Shown here in pieces: positions 7,090-12,725 of a stretch of 12,725 nucleotides of DNA. Source of the stretch: Armatimonadia bacterium (GTDB lineage Bacteria > Armatimonadota > Zipacnadia > Zipacnadales > UBA11051). A program made the translations under genes and the position numbers. Position 1 is the stretch's first letter. Every line of letters begins with the position of its first letter. The stretch is taken from positions 1 through 12,725 of the forward strand of contig JBDKRC010000049.1 in the NCBI GenBank assembly GCA_039683575.1. The letters are read 5' to 3'. The notes under the pieces are model-generated. The model was not told where the DNA came from. It searched no databases and worked only from the letters and a program-made list of their open reading frames with translations.

Positions 7090-8253
7090 ATGGACATACC
7101 GCTTCGTTCCAAGCTATTGGCCAGTTTCCTTGGCGTCGCTGTTGTAGGCGCGGGGACTGTTGTGACCGTGGGATGGATTCTGATCCATCGCCTGGGTCTG
7201 CCGGAGGCCGAGCGGTCGCTGGTGTTGTGGACCCTGATCAGCAGCGCGGTGCCGGCAGTGGCGATTGGCGCGTTCATGGGGCTGTATCTGGCAGGGCGGT
7301 TGTCGCGGCGGATTCAGATGGTGACCGGGGCGGCGGTGGAACTGGAGCATGGGAACCTTGAGGCCCGCGTGCCCGAGCCGGAGCATGCGCAACAGGATGA
7401 AGTCAAGCGGCTGCAGGTGATCTTCAACGACATGGCGTCGGCGCTACAGCTTCGGGATGAAGAACTGCGGCGAAGTCACCAGCAGCTTGAAGAGACGACG
7501 GGTGAACTGCAGCGGTGGAACCAGAGCTACCTGGCGACGCTGGAGTTCATCACCCACGAGCTTAAGAACCAGATCGCTTCGGCGAAGTTGAACCTGCTGG
7601 CAGTGCGCGACGGATATGTGGGTGAACTCAACGCCGAACAGCGGGAAGCGCTTGGTGATGTCATGGACACCATCAACCGCACTGAAGAGATGCTGGTCAA
7701 TTACCTGAACCTGTCGCGGATTGAGAAGGGTGAGTTGCAGGTTCGGGCGAGGCCGGTGCAGATTGAGCGCGAGGTCGTAGCGCCGGTGCTCAGCGAATTG
7801 AAGGGGCGGCTGGCGGACAAGAGGATGCAGGTTGAGACAGACCTGCCACCGGACCTGATCACGCAGGCGGACCCGAGTTTGCTGCAGACGGTGTACGAGA
7901 ACCTGTTGACCAATGCCACGAAGTACGGGCGCGTCGGCGGGCATATCAAGGTCTGGGGCAAGCGGCTCAACGGGATGCTTGAGATGCACGTTTGGAACGA
8001 GGGGCAGGGCGTGGCGGAGGATCAGTTAGATCAGCTATTTGGGAAGTTCTGCCGTCTGGCTCCGCCGGAACAGCAGGAGCGGGGGACGGGACTGGGGCTT
8101 TTCATAGACCGCGAGATCGTGCGGAAGCATGGTGGGGAGATCTGGGCGCAGAGCCAGTTTGGGGAATGGATCGACTTTGTCTTCACTCTGCCCCGGCCGG
8201 ACGAGATGCTTGAGGAGTCAGTTGACAGCAATCAGTTGTCAGTTGGCAGTTGA
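7090..8253 (+). CDS. Membrane sensor histidine kinase (2 TM, HAMP, HisKA, HATPase_c)
   Basis: Two hydrophobic segments, a HAMP-like region, H-box FITHELKN, N-box ENLLTNATKY, G1 NEGQG, F-box LFGKF and G2 GTGLGL. Confidence 0.93.
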   Translation: MDIPLRSKLLASFLGVAVVGAGTVVTVGWILIHRLGLPEAERSLVLWTLISSAVPAVAIGAFMGLYLAGRLSRRIQMVTGAAVELEHGNLEARVPEPEHAQQDEVKRLQVIFNDMASALQLRDEELRRSHQQLEETTGELQRWNQSYLATLEFITHELKNQIASAKLNLLAVRDGYVGELNAEQREALGDVMDTINRTEEMLVNYLNLSRIEKGELQVRARPVQIEREVVAPVLSELKGRLADKRMQVETDLPPDLITQADPSLLQTVYENLLTNATKYGRVGGHIKVWGKRLNGMLEMHVWNEGQGVAEDQLDQLFGKFCRLAPPEQQERGTGLGLFIDREIVRKHGGEIWAQSQFGEWIDFVFTLPRPDEMLEESVDSNQLSVGS

Positions 8254-8261
8254 ACGGCAGG

Positions 8262-8283
8262 GTCGGGGTCTGGAGACCCCTAC
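8262..8283 (-). repeat. GTAG-type REP-like palindrome
   Basis: Minus strand GTA-GGGGTCT-CC-AGACCCC-GAC. Confidence 0.55.
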
Positions 8284-8396
8284 GACAACAGCTAGAGCAG
8301 CCATGAGTAAGAGCGCGGGCGGAACGACGCAGCCGGACTGCCGCCCTATCCTGTGCACCGAGATTTTGTGCACATAGTCACTCGGGAGTGGGATTA

Positions 8397-8792
8397 ATGA
8401 GCGACAAGCGCAAGATTCTGATAGTAGACGATGACGTGGACTTTCTGGAGGCCAACCGGGTGGCTTTGGAGGCGCAGGGACTTGAGGTCATCACGGCCTC
8501 GGACTCGCGCCATGGCGTGGAAGTGGCCGAGCAGGAGCATCCGGACCTGATCATCATGGACCTGATGATGGAGCGGCTGTATGCCGGCTTCTCCGCGGTG
8601 CAGGCGCTGTGCGCGCACGAGGCGACCGCAAGCATCCCGGTGATCATGGTATCGGCAGTGACCACGGACACGGGCTTCCGGGTTGATAAGGGTGGCTGCA
8701 AGCCGGAGTGGCTGAAGGTCGTTGACTTCATGAACAAGCCGGTGGACCCGATTGACCTGGCGAAGAAAGTGGCCGGGATCGTAAATAAGTAA
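8397..8792 (+). CDS. Single-domain response regulator (CheY-like receiver)
   Basis: ILIVDDD, phospho-acceptor in IIMDLMM, conserved S in MVSAV and K in NKP. No output domain. Confidence 0.93.
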   Translation: MSDKRKILIVDDDVDFLEANRVALEAQGLEVITASDSRHGVEVAEQEHPDLIIMDLMMERLYAGFSAVQALCAHEATASIPVIMVSAVTTDTGFRVDKGGCKPEWLKVVDFMNKPVDPIDLAKKVAGIVNK

Positions 8793-8853
8793 GACGGCGT
8801 TGATGGTTGATCGTTGATGGTTGAGGCGAGAGCGGATGGCGGAGGTCGGGGAT

Positions 8854-8915
8854 GTGGGTTCGGGACGAACCCACCTACGCGTTGTAGAGTGTGGGTTCGG
8901 GACGAACCGACCTAC
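8854..8915 (-). repeat. Two direct copies (37-bp period) of a GTAG-type REP
   Basis: GTGGGTTCG-GGA-CGAACCCAC-CTAC at 8854-8878 and a one-mismatch copy at 8891-8915. Confidence 0.8.
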
Positions 8916-8959
8916 GCGAACGAATTGAGCTATTCGCAAAACAAGTGAGGACCATTGTA

Positions 8960-10858
8960 ATGAAGGCTCAGGAGAGCTTGCAGCAGCTAGTGACCGCGGC
9001 TCAGCCGAAGGTCAAGGAAACGCCCGATAAGACGCAGGTGCTTTTGGGTGTGGCGACTTGTGCGCTGGCCGGCGGTGCCGATAAGACGCTGACGGCGCTG
9101 CAGGAGGCGCTGCAGGGTCTGGGCGACACGGTGGAGTTTTGTAAGGTGGGTTGCGTGGGTCGCTGCAGCCTGGAGCCGCTGGTGGAGATCCGGCGGCCGG
9201 GCCAGCCGGCGCGGATGTATGTGAAGGTGGATGCGGAGCGGGCGAAGGAGATCGTCAAGCGAGACCTGATTGGTGGCGAGGCCATCAATGAGTGGCTGAT
9301 CGACGAGGGTCAGCGTCCCGAGGGCGAGCCGGTTGAGGTTGCGGGCGCCAAGACGATCATGAACCGCTTCACGCGGGAGTGGCAGCATGTAGAGTTTTTC
9401 AAGCGGCAGACGCGCGTGACGCTGCGCAACGTCGGCCGGATCGACCCCGAGGAAGTGGATGACTACCTGGCGGTCGGCGGCTATGCGGCGCTGGCGAAGG
9501 TGCTGGATGAGATGACGCCGGACGACGTCATCGCCACGATGAAGGCGGCAGGGCTGCGCGGTCGCGGCGGTGCCGGCTTCCCCACCGGCATGAAGTGGGA
9601 GTTTGCCAAGAAGGCGCAGAACGAGCAGAAGTACGTAGTCTGCAACGCCGACGAGGGCGACCCCGGCGCGTTCATGGACCGCAGCACGCTCGAGGGCGAT
9701 CCTCATGCGGTGCTGGAGGCCATGGCCATCGCGGGCTATGCCATCGGCTCGAACCAGGGCTTCATCTATGTGCGGGCGGAGTATCCGCTGGCCGTCAAGC
9801 GCCTCGAGATCGCGCTGAGGCAGGCGCGTGAGAAGGGTGTCCTGGGCAAGGGCATCCTGGGCACCGACTTTGACTTTGATATCGAGCTCCGGCTCGGCGC
9901 CGGCGCGTTCGTCTGCGGCGAAGAGACGGCGCTTTTGGCCTCGATCGAGGGCAAGCGCGGGATGCCGCGGCCGCGGCCGCCGTTCCCGGCCAACAAGGGC
10001 CTGTGGGGCAAGCCGACCATCATCAATAACGTAGAGACGCTGGCAAGCGTGGCGCCGATCATTCTCAACGGCGCGGAGTGGTACTCGGCGATCGGGACCG
10101 CGACCTCCAAGGGCACGAAGGTGTTCGCGCTGGCGGGGAATGTGGAGAATACGGGTCTGATCGAGGTGCCGATGGGCATCACCTTCCGCGAAGTCATTTT
10201 CGACATCGGCGGTGGGATCCCGAACGGGCGGCAGTTCAAGGCCGCGCAGATTGGCGGACCGTCGGGCGGCTGCCTGCCGGCGAGCTATCTCGATACGCCG
10301 ATTGACTATGAGACCATGAAGGAAGCGGGCGCGATTGTGGGCTCGGGCGGTCTGATCATCATGGACGACACCGCCTGCATGCCCGACATTGCCCGGTTCT
10401 TCTTGACCTTCACGCAGGACGAGAGCTGCGGCAAGTGCACGCCGTGCCGCGAGGGCACCAAGCGGATGCTGGAGATCATGCAGCGCATCACGCGTGGCAA
10501 CGGCGAGGAACTGGACTACGAACGGCTGAACCGTCTGGGCAAGGCCTGCAGCCGGGGCGCGCTGTGCGGGCTCGGGCAGACGGCGCCGAACCCGGTCATG
10601 ACGACGCTGCGTCACTTTAAGGACGAGTACGACGCGCACGTCTTCGAGGGTCGCTGCCCGGCGCACAAGTGCCGCGAGCTAGTGCACTATGTGATCGAGG
10701 CGGAGAAGTGCGTTGGCTGCGGTCTGTGCCGGCGCAACTGCCCGGCGTCGTGCATCGCCGGCGAGCCGCGACAGCCGCATGTGATCGACCAGGAGAAGTG
10801 CCTGCGCTGCGGCGCGTGCTTCGATGCGTGCCGGTTCAGCGCCATCGTACGCGAGTAG
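8960..10858 (+). CDS. hydB: Hydrogenase NAD(H)/FMN-binding subunit, NuoF-like (HydB/HndC), with N-terminal thioredoxin-like Fe-S domain and C-terminal 2x[4Fe-4S]
   Basis: GRGGAGFPTG, CNADEGDPGAFMDR, GAFVCGEETAL, GGPSGG, ESCGKCTPCREG, CVGCGLCRRNCP and CLRCGACFDAC. RBS GTGAGG before ATG 8960; the ORF-track start at 8891 lies inside a REP. Confidence 0.95.
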   Translation: MKAQESLQQLVTAAQPKVKETPDKTQVLLGVATCALAGGADKTLTALQEALQGLGDTVEFCKVGCVGRCSLEPLVEIRRPGQPARMYVKVDAERAKEIVKRDLIGGEAINEWLIDEGQRPEGEPVEVAGAKTIMNRFTREWQHVEFFKRQTRVTLRNVGRIDPEEVDDYLAVGGYAALAKVLDEMTPDDVIATMKAAGLRGRGGAGFPTGMKWEFAKKAQNEQKYVVCNADEGDPGAFMDRSTLEGDPHAVLEAMAIAGYAIGSNQGFIYVRAEYPLAVKRLEIALRQAREKGVLGKGILGTDFDFDIELRLGAGAFVCGEETALLASIEGKRGMPRPRPPFPANKGLWGKPTIINNVETLASVAPIILNGAEWYSAIGTATSKGTKVFALAGNVENTGLIEVPMGITFREVIFDIGGGIPNGRQFKAAQIGGPSGGCLPASYLDTPIDYETMKEAGAIVGSGGLIIMDDTACMPDIARFFLTFTQDESCGKCTPCREGTKRMLEIMQRITRGNGEELDYERLNRLGKACSRGALCGLGQTAPNPVMTTLRHFKDEYDAHVFEGRCPAHKCRELVHYVIEAEKCVGCGLCRRNCPASCIAGEPRQPHVIDQEKCLRCGACFDACRFSAIVRE

Positions 10859-10885
10859 TGAGCGCACTTTGATAGGGTTCGCGAA

Positions 10886-10910
10886 GGGCTGGCTCCACTG
10901 GGGCCAGCCC
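10886..10910 (+). terminator. GC-rich hairpin after hydB (possible terminator or mRNA stabiliser)
   Basis: GGGCTGGCTCC-ACT-GGGGCCAGCCC with no clear U-tract. Confidence 0.4.
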
Positions 10911-10928
10911 GTCGTGCTCTTGAGGCAG

Positions 10929-11036
10929 GGCTCAGGGGTCAGGTATCAGGGATCAGATTCGGAGGCGGAGGCAGGCCTGTCACGGAGTGCTTGTTCAGTT
11001 ATCAGTTGTCAGTTGTCAGTCAACAGTTGTCAGTTA
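10929..11036. repeat. Heptamer tandem repeats
   Basis: (GNNTCAG)x4 at 10929-10956 and (TCAGTTG)x6, degenerate, at 10995-11036. Confidence 0.75.
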
Positions 11037-11133
11037 GCGGCAGGGGGAGGGGAGCGGAGGTTATTGGAGGCGAGGGAACTGGTTGGAGAACTTTTTCCCA
11101 CCCGGCTGGAAGCCGGGCTCTGACGACGCAATC

Positions 11134-11205
11134 TCGCGGCAGGAGGCCGCTCGTACGGCAGAGTGAGGCGGCGGTAGCGAGGGGCAGGCGAGCCGCCTGC
11201 CCTAC
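11134..11205 (-). repeat. Two unrelated GTAG-type REP-like palindromes
   Basis: Minus strand GTAC-GAGCGGCC-TCCT-GCCGCGA (11134-11156, degenerate tetranucleotide) and GTA-GGGCAGGCG-GCT-CGCCTGCCC (11182-11205). Confidence 0.6.
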
Positions 11206-11235
11206 TGAGGGTATGAGAGGCGGAGGAGGTTTGTG

Positions 11236-12258
11236 ATGAGTGCCCTGGGCAAGGTTGTTGTAACTGAGATTGAGGGCTGGGAGAGGGATTACCTGGCCGC
11301 TCAGCCTGAGGTGGCGGGCTGGGACGTGGCGTACCATGCCGAGACGGTGGAGGGGATCCCGGCCGCTGAGCGGGAGCAGATGGCGGTGCTATCGTGCTTC
11401 ATCCGCTCGCAGGTGGACCAGCAGTTTCTGGACCAGTGCCCCAAACTGAAGTTCATCGCAACCCGGTCGACCGGGTTCGATCATATAGATATGCAGGCCT
11501 GTGCCGAGCGGGGGATTGTGGTCAGCAATGTGCCGGTGTATGGCGAGAATACAGTCGCCGAGCACACCTTTGGGCTGATCCTGTCGCTGAGCCGAAATGT
11601 GTATGCAGCCGTGGATCGGGTGAAGCGGGGGAACCTGACGATTGAGGGGTTGCTGGGGTTTGATCTTTACGGCAAAACGCTCGGGGTTGTGGGCGCGGGG
11701 AAGATTGGGCTGCATGTGATCCGGATCGGGCGCGCGCTGAATATGCGGGTGCTGGCTTTTGATACCAAGCCGCAGGGGATACTGGCCGAGGTGCTGGGGT
11801 TCGAGTATTGCAGTCTGGAGGAGTTGCTGCGGCAGGCGGATGTGGTGAGCCTGCATGTGCCGCTGAACCCGCACACGCAGCATCTGCTGAATGCGGAGCG
11901 GCTGGGGATGATGAAGCCGGGGGCGATTTTGGTCAACACATCGCGTGGGGCGGTAGTGGATACTCTCGCGCTTTTGGATATGCTCAACGAGGGGAAGCTC
12001 GCGGGGGCGGCGCTGGACGTGCTTGAGGGCGAGCAGGTGATCAGCGAGGACTTCATCCTGTCGCACGGGATCGGCGAAGGGGACTTCGATAAGCTGCGGC
12101 TGGCGGTGGAAGCCTACCAACTGATGCACCACCCGAAGGTGTTGGTGACACCGCATATTGCGTTCTACAGCCGGGAAGCGCTACAGCGGATTCTGCGGAC
12201 GACGGTTGAGAATGTGATGGGGTTTGAGGGGGGAGCGGTGCAGAATGTGGCGGTGTAG
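11236..12258 (+). CDS. NAD-dependent D-isomer-specific 2-hydroxyacid dehydrogenase (D-lactate dehydrogenase-like)
   Basis: RSTGFDHID, NVPVYG..VAEH, Rossmann GAGKIG, catalytic NTSRG / LDVLEGE / TPHIAF. RBS GGAGGAGG; GTG 11233 is an alternative start. Confidence 0.93.
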   Translation: MSALGKVVVTEIEGWERDYLAAQPEVAGWDVAYHAETVEGIPAAEREQMAVLSCFIRSQVDQQFLDQCPKLKFIATRSTGFDHIDMQACAERGIVVSNVPVYGENTVAEHTFGLILSLSRNVYAAVDRVKRGNLTIEGLLGFDLYGKTLGVVGAGKIGLHVIRIGRALNMRVLAFDTKPQGILAEVLGFEYCSLEELLRQADVVSLHVPLNPHTQHLLNAERLGMMKPGAILVNTSRGAVVDTLALLDMLNEGKLAGAALDVLEGEQVISEDFILSHGIGEGDFDKLRLAVEAYQLMHHPKVLVTPHIAFYSREALQRILRTTVENVMGFEGGAVQNVAV

Positions 12259-12310
12259 GGGAGGAACGGCGAAAACAGAAAACAGAAAACGGAAAACAGG
12301 CGGAGGGGGA

Positions 12311-12401
12311 GGCTGTCGCCCCTTCGGGGCTCAAGATGATATGGGCCGGGAACCAGGGCCTTGCGGCCCTGGCTAGAGGCCGGACGGCCCTTCGGGCCTG
12401 A
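12311..12401 (-). repeat. Triple-hairpin REP-like element, copy 4 (inverted relative to copies 1-3)
   Basis: Reverse complement retains all three hairpins of 20-110, with changes confined to the linkers and flank. Confidence 0.85.
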
Positions 12402-12425
12402 CGGCAACGGCAACGGGGACGGGGA

Positions 12426-12582
12426 TGGCGGTGGAGGCCTACCAACTGATGCACCACCCGAAGGTGCTGGTGACGCCGCATATTGCGTTTTACAGCCGGG
12501 AAGCGCTACAGCGGATTCTGCGGACCACGGTTGAGAATGTGATGGCGTTTGAGGGGGAGCGGCGCAGAATCTGGCGGTGTAG
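12426..12582 (+). pseudogene. Duplicated, frameshifted 3' fragment of the D-2-hydroxyacid dehydrogenase gene
   Basis: AVEAYQLMHHPKVLVTPHIAFYSREALQRILRTTVENVM is identical to the upstream gene. A 1-nt deletion in the G-run (GAGGGGGAG vs GAGGGGGGAG) shifts the frame. Confidence 0.85.
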
Positions 12583-12634
12583 GGGAGGAACGGCGAAAAC
12601 AGAAAACGGAAAACGGAAAACAGGCGGAGGGGGA

Positions 12635-12725
12635 GGCTGTCGCCCCTTCGGGGCTCAAGATGATATGGGCCGGGAACCAGGGCCTTGCGGCCCTGGCTAG
12701 AGGCCGGACGGCCCTTCGGGCCTGA
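12635..12725 (-). repeat. Triple-hairpin REP-like element, copy 5
   Basis: Identical to 12311-12401. The window ends at its last base. Confidence 0.85.

Larger units (their letters stand above)
12101..12725 (+). repeat. Tandem duplication of ~300 bp (3' end of the dehydrogenase gene + GAAAACR heptamers + REP), separated by a 24-bp linker
   Basis: 12101-12401 matches 12426-12725. The linker CGGCAACGGCAACGGGGACGGGGA lies at 12402-12425. Confidence 0.92.

Noticed and set aside
2981-8959. ORF-track upstream starts at 3103, 4039, 4687, 8388 and 8891
   Set aside because: Downstream ATGs have better-placed RBSs and match the domain starts. Most of the extensions run through promoter, terminator, RBS or REP DNA.
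5104-10666. Long antisense ORFs (5104-6399, 431 aa; 8987-10666, 559 aa) and many other overlapping ORFs
   Set aside because: They are shadows of high-GC coding strands, with Arg/Ala/His-rich composition and no recognisable motifs.
4699-10858. Respiratory complex I nuoEFG or formate dehydrogenase
   Set aside because: The large subunit carries H-cluster motifs and no molybdopterin-type domain, and no membrane nuo genes are present.
12101-12582. Diversity-generating retroelement VR/TR pair
   Set aside because: Differences are not confined to adenines on either strand and are mostly silent. No reverse transcriptase is in the window.
12425-12700. Independent 91-aa gene
   Set aside because: It is the duplicated dehydrogenase tail, frameshifted and reading into repeat DNA. 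Its ATG is created by the linker junction.

Overview
High-GC bacterial window, probably an anaerobe and possibly a whole contig, since both ends stop inside the same repeat. The right two-thirds (+ strand) is a redox operon: promoter(s) and a Rex-like operator, then a trimeric group A3-type [FeFe]-hydrogenase in the unusual order hydA-hydC-[membrane histidine kinase]-[stand-alone receiver]-hydB, then a D-lactate-dehydrogenase-like gene. The left third (- strand) encodes a secreted Cys-rich 3D-domain protein with a structured leader ending in a terminator, a HAD phosphatase, and a TPR/DUF5684-like membrane protein. Intergenic DNA is crowded with REP-like palindromes of several families and with heptamer microsatellites. 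The main leads are: (i) at both ends, a '3-prime gene tip + spacer + triple-hairpin REP' unit is tandemly amplified, and on the left the array carries passenger DNA including the TPR gene; (ii) the hydrogenase H-cluster L2 motif is the atypical MCCTCKKAE; (iii) a two-component system sits inside the hydrogenase operon; (iv) a ~340-bp non-coding element has phased repeats around a palindromic core; (v) a candidate attenuator or riboswitch lies upstream of the 3D-domain gene. All calls come from reading the sequence; no searches were run.
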